A stretch of DNA of 64,000 nt from assembly GCA_002269645.1 (NCBI GenBank), contig NIVC01000263.1, forward strand, positions 62,001 through 126,000. The letters run 5' to 3'. This document shows, piece after piece, positions 23,735-36,300 of the stretch. Origin of the DNA: Macrostomum lignano (Eukaryota). A model generated the notes under the pieces. That model was not told the DNA's origin. It did no database searches and saw only the letters and a program-made list of their open reading frames with translations. Position numbers and translations under genes: made by a program. Each line of letters begins with the position of its first letter. The first letter of the stretch is position 1.

Positions 23735-25798
23735 TCATCCGCAGCCTCTGCGCGCTGTAATTGGCGGCAGCTCGTCCGCCGCACCGGTGCACCTCGACAC
23801 CCTCCACTGCTGCCCGGAGCTCCTCGGCGAATACGGCAGCCAGCTGCTGTGGCCCGGCCTGCCGCAGGCCGAGCAGGACGCCGCCCTGACGCAGCCGCAG
23901 CCGCTGGCACCCGCCCTCATCCGCCTTCGATCGGCCGTCGCCGCCGCCGCCAGCCCAGCCGACACCGCCGGCGCCGACCATGAGCCGTCGATCTGCTGTC
24001 CGCAGTGCGGCCGGTCATTTCGCCACCGCTACAACCTGCAGAAGCATCACCGCCTGCGGCACACCCGGGCGGGCCTGGACCGGCCGTTCGAGTGCCTGGC
24101 CTGCGGCAAGCTGTTCAAAACTCGGCAGCACCTTCGAAAGCATGCCGCCGCTCTGCACGAGGCGACTCTGCCCGGTTCGTCGGATCCTTCGGCCAATTCG
24201 GTTGCCATGGCAACCAAAAGAATGCCGCCGGCTACTGACGGTCGTCTCTGGGAATGCCGGGTCTGTTTGCGTCGATTCCGATTGGAACGGCAGCTCCGCC
24301 AGCACCAGCTGCAGCACACGGACCGGCGGCCGCACCGGTGCCACCGGTGTCTGACCGGGTTCGCCACCCCGGCTGGCTTGGCGCAGCACGCTGGCTCCAC
24401 TGCGCGCTGTCTGGCGCCGACCAAGCAGACTGGCGTGCGCTGCTTTGTCTGCAAGCGCGCCATGTTCGGATTGTCGGCGCTCCGGCGCCATTTGATTAGC
24501 GCGCATTGCAGCGTCGTTGCCGGCGCCTGTCTGGCCTGCCAACTGGACTTCCCGTCTGTTGAAGGTGAGAAATGGCTCTGTCTCGCGAGCTTGTAATTCA
24601 AGTTGATAAAGTCTGAGTTCTCCGACAGTGACGAATTCCCTCTTAAAAAGTGAGGAATTCCCTCTTGAAAAAGTAAGGAATTCCCCCTTGAGAAATTGAT
24701 GGATTCCCTCCTGAGAAAGTGATGAATTCCCTCTTGAAAAAGTAAGGAATTCCCCCTTGAGAAATTGATAGATTCCCTCCTTAGAAAGTAAATAATTCCT
24801 TCACAAGACAGTGAGGAATTCCCTTCTGAGAAAGTTAGGAATTCCCTCCTGAGAAATAAGGAATTTAATCCTAAGGAACTGTAAATTCCCTCCTTAAAGT
24901 GTGGAATTCCCTTCCTGAGGCAGTGGGTTAACAAAAATTCCCTCCTGGGAAAGTAAACAACTCTTTCATGAGACAGTGAACAGTCCCCTCTTGAGAAAAT
25001 TTCTCAAATGTCCCTCACAAAATGTCCCTCATGCGACAGAGGAATTCCCTGCTTACAAAGTAGGGAATTCCCTCCTGACAAAGTAAAAGATTCCCTCCTG
25101 AGAAAGTGGGGAATTCCCTCCTAAGGAGCTGTAAATTCCGTCCTAAAAAACTTAAGAACTCCCTTCTTAGAGGGAGGAATTCCCTCCCTGAGACAGAAAA
25201 ATTCCCCAAAGGAAAATCGCGGATTCCCTCCTGAGAAATTCAATAATTCCATTCAGTAAAAGACCCGACTTCTTCCGAAAGTGGGAAGTCGCAATAACTC
25301 TGCCTCCATCATCCCCCCCCTCCGCTGCGCCCCACAGAGCTGCAGCAGCACATGCTGGCCAGCCACACCAGCTCCATCACTCTGAGCTCCGGCCCGGACT
25401 CTGTCCGCCTCCAGCGCTGCCGCCTCTGCCCGCCGCCTGCCGCCGCCTTTCACTCCGACTTGGCGCCGTTGCTGCGCCATCTCGCCTCCGAGGTGCACTG
25501 CGCCGCCGCCTGCTGGCGCTGCTGCCTCTGTCAGCGGACCTTCGCCGATCATCTGGCCGTCAGGCGGCACGTAGCCGGACACCTGGTCGGACAGCGAATT
25601 CACCTGTGCCCGGCCGGCTGTTCAAGACTGTTCGCGACCAGGTCGGCCGCCAGGCGACACCTGGCTAGCGGCCGGTGCCAGCTGGAACCGGATGCAGCGC
25701 CGCTGGAACAAGAGGAGAATGAGCCGGAACTGTGCCAGCTGTGCCCGCTTGATGTGGCTCAGACTGTTGTTGTGCGAACTCAACAGCTGCCACAATGA
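23727..25798 (+). CDS. Multi-C2H2 zinc-finger protein (about 9 fingers)
   Basis: Exons 23727-24564 and 25338-25798; the phase-1 GT-AG intron splits the finger CLAC..FPSVE/ELQQHMLASH. Fingers include CPQC, CLAC, CRVC, CHRC, CFVC, CCLC and CPAGC; linker HTDRRPHRC. The start codon is tentative. Confidence 0.85.
24630..25250. repeat. Degenerate intronic repeat built on GAGGAATTCCCTC(C)TGAGAAAGT
   Basis: Direct inspection; fills the zinc-finger gene intron. Confidence 0.8.
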
Positions 25799-25849
25799 GG
25801 GGAGCGCGCCAGTTAATTGCCAGCCATTTCACTGTAGCCATTTTTGATA

Positions 25850-26085
25850 GGGCTAGGGTTTACGGGCTTAGGTTAGGGTTTAAGGGCTTAGGTTAGGGTT
25901 AACGGGCTTAGGTTAGGGTTTAAGGGCTTAGGTTAGGGTTTAAGGGTTCAGGTTAGGGTTTAAGAGCTTAGGTTAGGGTTTAAGAGCTTAGGTTAGGGTT
26001 TAAGAGCTTAGGTTAGGGTTTAAGAGCTTAGGTTAGGGTTTAAGGGCTCAGGTTAGGGTTTACGGGCTTAGGTTAGGGTTTAATA
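25850..26085. repeat. Telomere-like 20-bp tandem array TTAGGTTAGGGTTTAAG(G/A)GC
   Basis: About 11 units, each containing TTAGG and TTAGGG. Confidence 0.9.
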
Positions 26086-26557
26086 GTATAGGGCTGGTGT
26101 TTATTAGATCAGGGTTAATTCTTTCATTCTCATCTTTTGTTTTATACATTCTGTCATATCGAATCTAATTAAATTACTAATAAGCTGTATACAAATTAAA
26201 TCATTTGTCTGTTCTTATTGTGCACTATTAGACTGCTGCAAATTACTGCTATTTACGTGTCTGTTGGTATTTTCGAAGTGGTGGTTGGAGTTGAATGTAC
26301 TTTTGGTTGGGGTGAAAGTTAGTGTACTTCAAAGTGTGCTCAAGAAAAGCATCCGAAACCGGGCATGTTCAGTTGCCGCAAGCCTTGAACCTTTATTGAA
26401 CCCGTTCCATCATCAGTGTTCTTTGGCGCAAACTGAATGGTGTTATAATAGTACATGCATTGCTGATCGGAAATCGAACGCCCTGTCACCAAATCAAAAT
26501 ATAAAATATTGTTCATCAAATGGTCATCGCACGCCAAATTCTGTCAGCTCCGGGTGC

Positions 26558-27305
26558 TCAGACGCAGGGTTTTTCATCGTCATTCTTGCTGACCAGGTAC
26601 GGCCTGCAGTCGGGCCCAAGCACGCTGCGGCAGTTGGACTTCTTGTCCGCGCCCTCGGCCTGGTCTCTGATCTTAGAGCAGCTCCATCGGCCGCTGCTGC
26701 TCCGCTCGCACCGCCGGCAATCTTGAGTAACATAGAAGCTGCGGGGGTGCGGCAAGGAAGATTTTAACACTTAAAAAGAAGCGAGCAGAAGGCTGTGCAC
26801 GGATTGCGAGTGTAGCGTCATTCATCTGTCCATGCGCGTGCATCGAAGTGATTCTACTGTATGGGATCGAGTTTTCATGAAAGTGCTCCGTTCGTCTTCA
26901 GAAAAACAACTCAAGCCTGAGCACTCACTCATCGGTGCTACAACTCAATCATCAACTCAAGCCTGAGCACTCACTCATCCGTGCTACAACTCAATCATTA
27001 ACTCAAGCTTGAGCACTCACTCATCGGTGCTACAACTCAATCATCAACTCAAGCTTGAGCACTCACTCATCTGTGCTTCTAGGCACCGTCTGCACTTTCT
27101 CGCAGTGGTCGTCGATTAGTTTGTACTGCAGCAAGGCCACCTTCGGGATGCCACCGATCTTTTTGAAGGCGATCATCCGCATGGGCCGCTGACAGGCAAA
27201 GACTTTGTGCACTCTGTTCACCGAGTGGGCTTCCGATGGCTCGAGCAGGAGCACCGCCAGAGCGGTGGCCACCACCAGAATTGAGACTGTCCATGACGAA
27301 GACAT
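26558..27305 (-). CDS. Small secreted cysteine-rich protein (139 aa, 8 Cys), family not recognised
   Basis: Exon 1 27305-27067 begins with a hydrophobic signal peptide (MSSSWTVSILVVATALAVLLLEPSEA) and ends GA|GTGAGT; exon 2 26738-26558 follows a pyrimidine tract and CAG, in phase 2. Confidence 0.7.
26908..27075. repeat. 46-bp tandem repeat (about 3.6 copies) that duplicates the splice donor of the secreted-protein gene
   Basis: AACTCAAGC(C/T)TGAGCACTCACTCATC at 26908, 26954, 27000 and 27046. Confidence 0.9.
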
Positions 27306-28280
27306 TTTCCTGGAGATACGCGGTGTCCGGCTGAAATTGTCTTGTTAATTTTGCTTGTTTTTGAAGAGCCGCGCGAGGTCTTTTTACAAAGCCGCCTCGG
27401 CTGCGCGGTATTTATTTAGCGGAAGACAGTTTGACAAATTTTTCTTCCGAAGTCTCCATGGCTCCTCAGAGGATTCCGCCTGTTCAGCAGTTGTTCAAAC
27501 AAATTGTGGGCGAAGCTTAGAGGCGCGCGTCTTTGGCTAAACGACAAACGTCAGGGCAGGAGGGCCATGGCGCTCGGAAAATGCCGAGTAATGCCGAGTA
27601 GTTTTATACGGTAGAAATTTAATATCCAGAAAAAGCAAAGGAAAAAAGAGCAAGTCCTACTGAAACGTGAAACGATCGGCGACAGTTTGAGGCGAACGTA
27701 AATTTTCAGTAAGCCTGTAGAATTCATTTAAAGCCGTTGAAAATTTGAATTTTTATTGGCAAATAGTTTTTTTTAATAATGTGTTTAAATAACTGATGCA
27801 GTAAATAAGCGAGTGAGTGGCGCAGAGGGAACGACATAGACAGAGTGACACAAAGAGGGAGCGGGCAAGTAAGTCCGAGTTACCAGCCTCAAAACAATCT
27901 GCCCGGTCAGAACTCGTATAGAGAAAATTACCAACCAAAGACGCTGCCTGGAATGGAAACCCATCCGATCTACCAATTGAGCACGAGAGAGCTGGTGTGA
28001 GAAGCACTACTTGTACTTTAGTTTGGTCGGGCTGGCGGCCTTGGGTGCTGCCGACTTTCTCCTGGAAGAAGAGATGCCTGCAGGCAAAACAGTCCTAGTA
28101 CAGAGATTCTTATGGGTGCTGTGCCAGATCTATCCCAGATACAAACACGGAAACGGTCTCTATGAGCAACAGCACACCGCCTGCTCTCAGCAAGGGTCTC
28201 AACTGACAAGCTTGGCCGAGTGCATGTCCTAATTGAAAGCTGTGGTTAACTCTGCACCACTCTGCCACCTGGTGCATGCA

Positions 28281-28726
28281 CCCACAGATACTAGAATAAC
28301 TAGATGGGCCATTCAGGCATATATACTTAAAAAAACAGCTTTCTACTTTCAGTTCAGTAGCAATGAAGAATACATAAGCTATTTTATAAGAATAAAGGCA
28401 GCTGAAATGACTTTGATAAGTTTAGAATCAAAGCTTGTAGACAAACAGCTTGGTTCAGCAATAATGTACATTAGCCACTGAAATTTACATGGCAGATTTA
28501 GGCTGGAACAAGCGAGGAAGGCAATAAAAATTGGGTGGCGGGGCAGGGGTTGAGGTTCTGTGTGGAGTTGAGGGTTTAAGCTTGATGGGAAAGTGCCAAT
28601 AAATAAGCTTTGTCTATAAAAATACGAGCTACATTAGAATGCTTCAGTTTAACTTACTACTGAACTGAAAGTAGCTTGCACGCAAATGTGCTGAGTGGCC
28701 CATCTAGTTATTCTAGTATCTGTGGG
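28281..28726. mobile_element. MITE with long imperfect TIRs
   Basis: CCCACAGATACTAGAATAACTAGATGGGCCA(T/C)TCAG and an inner CTACTTTCAGTTCAGTAG segment match in inverted orientation; TGCA flanks both ends. Confidence 0.75.
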
Positions 28727-29339
28727 TGCACCTCCACCTCGGCCTCATTTGGCGACTTCTACATGTACTTACGCGGCTAGAGACCATGGGAGGCATGCTG
28801 CTCAATCATTCCTAAGACAAGGAGAGTGTGTACATGCGTGAAGACTAGAAAATCAGGGCCACTGTACATACCGTGTGAGCGTACAGTATTGGCACACTTG
28901 TACATGTATGTATGTTGTCCTACAAATATTATTGAGCTGCTCAAGTGAAAATTAATGCTTTTCTTATACAGCCAAATTCACAGAGGACATCGTATTTTAA
29001 AGGCTGGGCAAAAAATTGACATGCCGAGATACTTAAAGTAGTAACATTTGAATTTCTTAAACACAGTAATAGCGATAGTATTTTATTGCAAGCAGATCGA
29101 ATGCTCATCTTCAATTACTTCTATTAATATATCCATTTTTCATCGTAAATAAAAAATTTACCTTTAGCATTAAAAGATGAGCTTCCGATCACAATTAATA
29201 TTTTGTATTGAATAATGATTCCTACGAGCCTCAGAAGTGCCGTAAAACAGGCCTTCAAAAGTTTGCTTTCTAAGAAGCGTTATGGTATGTAAGCTATTTA
29301 GTTAGTTAAATACAACAGGCAGGGGGCTGTGTGCACCCT

Positions 29340-29660
29340 GGCGCAGTCTAAGCGACACTGTCACACAACCGGCGAGAGGCATTACCGCCCATTTTCAGCA
29401 GACTCCCCTGAGCAGGCACACAAGTGCGCGGATACGTACGCAGTCATACGCACAGACACACACACACACAGGAGTGTACAGCGGCCCTAACTTTATATTA
29501 TCGTTAGGCATGTACACTTCACTGTGCCTGGGCGTTAATTGCACGAGCAGAGCCAAGCCGAGACTCCAATTCAGCCCCAAATAATGCGACTGCACTTGGA
29601 ATCGAGCCTGGGTTGCTGGCACATCAGAGCGCCGCACCAGACCACTGGGCTACGGCCAGA
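29340..29660 (-). mobile_element. tRNA-derived SINE (family B), full-length-looking copy
   Basis: Minus-strand head GGCCGTAGCCCAGTGGTCTGG (A box)...GGCTCGATTCC (B box); the body is shared with 14021-14165. Confidence 0.75.
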
Positions 29661-29969
29661 GGAAGCAGAAATTAAAATTATTTCTTTCTCAAATCAACTT
29701 GTCAACCTGGCCAACTCAGGAATAACGAATATTAGATTTTATCGGTAGCGTGCTAAAAGTTTATATTTATTTAAAAATTGACAGTAATTGACTTACAGAG
29801 AGAAATGCAGCCAGCAAAAGTGGATGGGATTGAGAATTTGATAGCAAATAATTAGTACAGCAATAGGATTAGTTGAGAACTCTGGAGACCAGAGATAAGT
29901 GGAACTTAATTAATAGAAAATATAATAAATCGCTGCGTTAACTATCGGGCACAACCAGGCCAGCTGCAG

Positions 29970-32734
29970 TCACTTGTCGCCGCTGTACTGGTCCTTATTC
30001 TTCAGCAGGAAAGCGGCCAGATACTCAATAGGATTCTGCGGCCGCTCTTTAGCCAGCACTGACAGGCCCTGCAGCAGCACCGGGACCACCGTCTGGTCCA
30101 GGTAGGCCCGCGTAGGCAGCGTCTGCACCGCCACTCGGGCCCGCTTGGCCGCGGTGGCTCCGGCCGCGTCTCCGCTGCCAGACTCCGGCTCAGCCAGGCC
30201 AGCTGATGAAGCGGCCGCTTCCTCGACGGTAGTGGCAGTGGCAGCGGCGGCGGCGGCGGCAGCAGGAGCTGCTGCAGTAGGCTCGGCTGAGGGAGCTGCG
30301 GCATCAGCCACTGCTGGATCAGACGGGACGGCAGCAGCGGCAGCAACAGCAGTTTCAATATCAGCAGCTGGCTTGGCAACTTCTACAGCAGCAGCGTCTG
30401 TCGGATTATTGTCGTTTTAGAAAGATAAATTAAATAAATGACTAAAATAATTGAGATATGTAAAAGTCTTTGTTAAAGAAGGAACTTGCTTAGATAGGAG
30501 TCAAAAAGGTTATCACCAGGCCTAATTCCATGCCAGCTACAGAACCTTTCTTTATCTATTTTAATTGTTGATAGTAAATGTTTCAATGTTTTAAATAAAC
30601 TTTAATGTTTTTTAAATTTTATTTTGTTGTATATAAAAGTCAGGGGTGGATTTAGGGGGTGAGGACACAGAGGGTGCCTAGCCCTTATCAGTTTTGGTGC
30701 ATCTTAGATAAAAGATTTAGTTTAATGCTTATATACTTTTACAATAGGCCTAAGCAAGTTTTATATATGTACAAGCTGTTGAAACCCGCGGAATTTGAAC
30801 CCGGGGAATTCCAATCCCTGGCACTATTTTTGCATGTATTCTGAAATCTGAGCCCATACTCAAACAAAAACTTGTTAATAGTTAGTAGGATTGAGGTAAA
30901 CAAAATGGAGTACATTCACGTAAAATTAGGATTTGAGGCAAACATTGATATTGTTGGCTGGAGGGAAGGGGGTATTTTTACTTTAAATAGGCAATTAATG
31001 TCTGTCTGACTCTAAAACATGTATTGGCAAACTCTGGCCACTGCCTCTGACTCTCCCTACGTCCCTTGGATACTTTGAAACTTCTATCTTCTCTTCTGTT
31101 TCCTCTCTTCCTTCTCATCCCTTGTCTCTCCTCTCTGCTCTCTCTCCTCTCCTCTTTTCTCTTTTTCCTCTCTCCTCTCTCCTCTCTTCTCTCGTATCTT
31201 CGCTCATTTCTCTTCTTTTTCATCTCTCTTTATCTCAATTATTTTCTCTTCTTTTCTCTTTCCTTTCTTCCTACTCTTCTCTCGTCTTTTCCTTCACCTC
31301 TCTTCTCTCTCGTCTTTATTTGCACTCTGCTCTCTCCTTTCTCTTCTCTCTTCTCTTTTATCTCTTTTCATTTCTCTCTGCTTCCCCCTCTCTCTCTGCT
31401 TCCCCCTCTCTCTCTGCTTCCCCCCTCTCTCTGCTTCCCCCCTCTCTCTGCTTCCCCCTCTCTCTCTGCTCCCCCCTTCTCTCTCTGCTTCCCCCCTCTC
31501 TCTTTTGAGCGGTTGAGCGGTTTGGGAGTCCATACCGATCAAAATTGTCCACAGACACACAGACACAGACAGACAGACAGAGTTTTGATTTTTATATGTA
31601 TAGATATATATCCACCCATGATCAAATGTACAAATTTAAGCTTCATGTGTTAAAGTTATATTGGACAAAAAGGGTATTTTTGTTTGGCCATATCTTAATA
31701 AGTCTTTTCATATTACTAATTCCAGAACCAGAATTGGTTCAAAGCTTTTTATATTGCCTGTTCCATTTTTAGAATTGGTTCTAGAACTATAATCTGATTC
31801 TAGAATTTAGTTTGAGAAATTTTCTTGATCTATTGTTGCATTTCTATAGAAACAAAAGGATGAATTTGAAATAACATTTCAAACATTCCAAAAAAATACT
31901 AGTTTTTTTATTTTAGATAAAAAATGTTCTTTAAAAGTTTTCTTAAGCTAAAAATATCAACATTTATTTATTTATTTAATAATTCTCAAATGCAAGACAT
32001 CTATAAATGTTATTTAAAATCTAAATTTGTTGCATACTATGTTTCCTCTCTCTAAAATGGTTTTTATGCCTTTTAGTGCCTAGCAATTTAATTAATACCT
32101 TAGTCTTAGATTGCTTTTTGGTACGCCTACCTGGCTACCCAGCCTAGTTTTTAATGGCAATGCATAATAAATAAAATAAATACTCTACAAAACATTTTAT
32201 TTGCCTAATAAAAGTAGTATCAATTTTGTTAAATTAGCATATTACTTAGTTTTTTAAAATCCATCTGATTTTAAAATTTAATTGAATTTGTAGCTTTGTA
32301 TTATATATAATATATATTATATTATAATGTCTTAACCCTAAATATCCTATATAGGCCTACAATATACACAGCTACACTTAGCAGGCCCAGTAATAGTTTT
32401 GGTTTGATTGGTTTTGCTTTTGCATAGGCCTAGTTTTGATTAGTGAAGTTCATCATATTTTTTGAAAAGACCAAGACCAACCTCTGGCTCTGTGCAGCAT
32501 TTTAACAATATGAACAAAGAGCTTATTAGGTAGTTCCTTCCTCATTCCTCATTCCCAACCTTATTTCCTAGCAGATGAACAGTTTTAATAAGAGAAAACT
32601 TTTTGTCTGCTCATTACAACATTAGGCCTAGACAAACTATTGCCTGTGTTGGCAGATAGACAAAATGATTGGCACCCTTCATAAACATTTTTCACAGAAA
32701 TTTTCCATGTAAACTTACCAGATGAATTTTCCAT
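29970..32734 (-). CDS. DPY30: Dpy-30 protein (COMPASS/MLL H3K4 methyltransferase subunit)
   Basis: Dpy-30 motif [41 protein letters not shown]. Exon 2 30397-29970 follows a CAG acceptor; proposed exon 1 32734-32719 (ATG GAA AAT TCA TCT G|GTAAGT) joins in phase 1, giving 147 aa. Confidence 0.9.
31080..31505. repeat. CT-rich low-complexity tract ending in (CTTCCCCCTCTCTCTCTG)n, DPY30 intron
   Basis: Direct inspection. Confidence 0.85.
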
Positions 32735-33361
32735 AGCAAAAACTGATTATATTATAACATGTAATTTTCACTTTAAAATTTTGGCAACACTAGCTATACT
32801 GATTTACTAGACACTTGTTGTAGTAGGCCTAGGCGGCTAGGCCTAGTGATGCTGGGAGATTAAGTAAGTCTTAATTAAATGTATAGCACAATGTGTAGAC
32901 AAAAAAGAGACTGATGAAAGGCGAGATGTTTGTTTTTATTGCTTAGAAGGTACTTCGAATAACCAGGCAGAAATGGTGCTCCAAATTACAATGGATGTAG
33001 TGGGCCGCGGCTCGAGCTCTTAATGGCGATCGACGAACTCGAGTACGCTATCGCACAGTGCTTTTAAATACTTTTATGGTAATAAACTAAAAAATATCTT
33101 TTCAATGAATTCTAAAAAATGATTGACTTACAACATTTCTAAGTTAAAATACAGCGTTTAAAATTATCCCTGTGTTGACAGACTGCTATAGATTTGTTAT
33201 ACAGTTTAGTACCGCACGCTAACAAATTATGCATTTTCAATGAAATGCGCGGGCTTGAAGCCTAAAGACTGAAGTCCTGAAGATCTTTTTTAATTTTAAT
33301 ATCGAGCACAGCAAAAATTCAGCACAGCACAGCCTATCAGCTACAAAACAGTCTCCCCTAA

Positions 33362-36300
33362 ATGGAAGCAGAAAGAAAAAATGTTTGCATTGTTGGTGGT
33401 GGATTGGTAAGATAATATTTTTCTACTTAGTGCTACATCATGTTTTCCAAGTTTTAGTGTACATGCAAACTAATCAATAAATTTACAAAATTGAAAACGC
33501 ATTCTAACATTTAAACTTTAGGTAGGAAGTCTGTGTGCATGCTTTATTGCAAAGCGTGGATACAATGTCGACCTATTTGAGATGCGCCAAGATTTCAGAG
33601 CAGATGCAACTGTGCTTGGTCGCAGCATAAACCTAGCCCTCTCGCATCGTGGCTTGGAGGCACTCGAGAGAGTAGGACTTCGGGAAAAGGTTACGAAATC
33701 CGGCATACCAATGCATGCTCGTATGATCCATTCTTTGGATGGAAAAACTCGCCCGATTCCATACGGTCGTACCGGGCAGTTTATCATGAGCGTCGATCGC
33801 ATGGGACTCAACGGAGTGTTGCTGACAGAGGCGGAGTCGCAGCCTAATATCACGATTCACTTTGGCCATAAATTGGTCTCCTGCGATCCAACTACTGGAG
33901 AAACTGTTTTCTCTACGTGAGTTCTTTCATAATTTGTGGAATGCTGGTTTGATTTGCAATAACAATAATGGCAGTAGTCTTCAGTTCTTTACATGTATAC
34001 ACTGCATAGTTTTCAGGGTAGATTCATGACATGCACGTACGGGTTCGTACTCGGTGATCAGTTAATCGAAACTAAAATAGAATGAGGATTTGTAAATCGA
34101 AATTTGAAGGGCTTTTTACTTGGGATTACTTTGGCTTGCTATCAGAGATGTTCTAAATAATAATAACAAGAAATGATGTGGTAATTATTAACTTATCTGT
34201 AAAAGTGCACATTATTATATTGACTGACAGACTAAATTAACTTCACTATCTATCAGATTCCAGTTGGCAACTGCAATGTAATAGTGGATGAAGTTTCAAG
34301 CTTATTCATTTTATATCATAGTTTTTCCTAATTACTAAACAGCATTTTAACCACTTCAAACTGTCTCACGCGTGTGCAAATGCATGGTTTTAAACCAAAA
34401 TATTAGATAAGAAGTTGTTGATAACACCTGCTTGAAATACCACGACCTGTTGCAATTGCCCTGTCTCTGCTCGGGTTGTGTGCGAGTTCGACCGACCCCC
34501 CCCCCCCGAATGCAGAAGGCAAGTCAATCTGGCACCGGCTTCCGTTTCCATGCACGGAACTCGACTGTGCCGCCACTGCCTCTGTCTGAGTAATTTATTT
34601 ATTGATAAGGACAGCAGGGGGCCGGCACTATAGGTTTTAGTGTCCCTCTATTCGATTTTATGATTGTGTTGAATATTTACTGTGACCTTTTCCTGCTGAT
34701 TCAAGTATCTGGGTGTTATGGAGCCCTTGCTGTAACTGCTGTTTGTAGACCTAGCAGCCCAATATCTCGTATAGCCTTTGCTTCCTCGAAATTGAGGAAA
34801 ATTTTCCCGACACCATTGAGCATTTTTTGAAACACCAATTAAACGGATCAAATAGATCCAGTGTTTCTGGAATGCTTTTAGCATTCCTGGAATGCTTAAT
34901 TTAGTGGTCCTGGAATGCTTAATTTAGTGGTCCTGGAATGCTTAATTTAGCAGTCCTGGAATGCTTCAATTGTGGTCCTGGAATGCTTTTCCAGGCCTGA
35001 GCACACAAATGGACGTATTTTTTTGTTTTTTTATCGCAAGTTTCACTGCATTTTGGTCAGAGACAGAGAGCTGGAGAGCAAATTTCAAAGCCGCTCACCT
35101 CAAACAATTTTGATAATTCAAGTGACCAACTTGACCAACCAATAGTTTTATGAGCTCGCAATTTTAAACAGGGGAATTTTACTGCATAAAATGCTTGAAT
35201 GGACGAGACCGCGGAGCAAAAGGTTTGGAGAGAAATTGAGAGGGCTGTCCTCTACCTTGATTATGGTGTTTCAGAGAATAGCTCTCGGGAACTAGAGAGT
35301 CCACAGGTATCCAGCTAATAGCGGACTAATAGGGCGCTTCTGCTAATTCCCCCTCTGGGAAAACAGATACTCGTATTTCTTCTGAATGATGCCCGCCCAT
35401 CACTTCAGTGCATTCGAGAATTTGTTTCTAAACCAAATCAGTGAAACCTTCTCAGACCCAGGCAGTTGCCAAATTTCCAAGGCACTGATATTTGTGGCTA
35501 GAAGTGCAGGCGGTATTTGCACTAATACTAATCATGGGTGGGGCAGAGAGAGGGTCAGGGGATGGGAGCTGCTGCAACCCGCCCAGAGCTGAGGTAAAGG
35601 AATAAAAAAACCCTATAGAGCTATGATTTTGCCCACGACTAGAACTGCTTTGGGCATCTGAAGCAGAAGCGCCACGACCCCTCATTCGATTCGATGCGCG
35701 GCCCAATTCATTTGGGGCTCGTGTGCACGAAAATTCACCTGGGGTTTGTTGTGAGATTCACGCTCATGGGGACCGGCCCCCAAGGCACAGAGACTGTACA
35801 TGACTGACCATTTGAAAGTCAGGGCCATTGTACACCCTTTGTGAGCGAGTGTGTGAGCTCGCACCTGCGTACAGTATGGGCGCTCTTGTCAGCGTAATGA
35901 GCGGAATTTCCTCAGCGCTGGTTGTGCGACGCGATGTCAAAAAGATAGTTGAAAGGCTTTAGAAAAAAATTGGCTACTATTGAATGGTTTTCTGTTAGCT
36001 TTTTTCTGCTTTAGCTTTGCGCAGAAGAAGCTGACGCAGCTGCAAGTTCTCTAGAGGCAGGCAGGAAGAGCCCGGCTTAGGTGAAGAGGCCACCGTGCTG
36101 TGGAGACGGCAGTAGAGGAGTAGAAAGAAGAAATCCGTTGCAACTCTGCGGTGCATTACTCAGAGGTCAAGTGTATTGCGATGAAACCCTTAAAGTCTTC
36201 TCTGGGCCGTCATGTGTCAGAATTGATTCAGTCAAGAAGTCGGAGATGTTTGTAAAATTGCCAAAAATAGAAAAGTTGACGAGTTTGAGTGAACATCCTT

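Noticed and set aside
27960-28230. LLRAGGVLLL on the minus strand, resembling a methyltransferase motif
   Set aside because: The frame is short and bounded by stops, with no motif I and no supporting exons.
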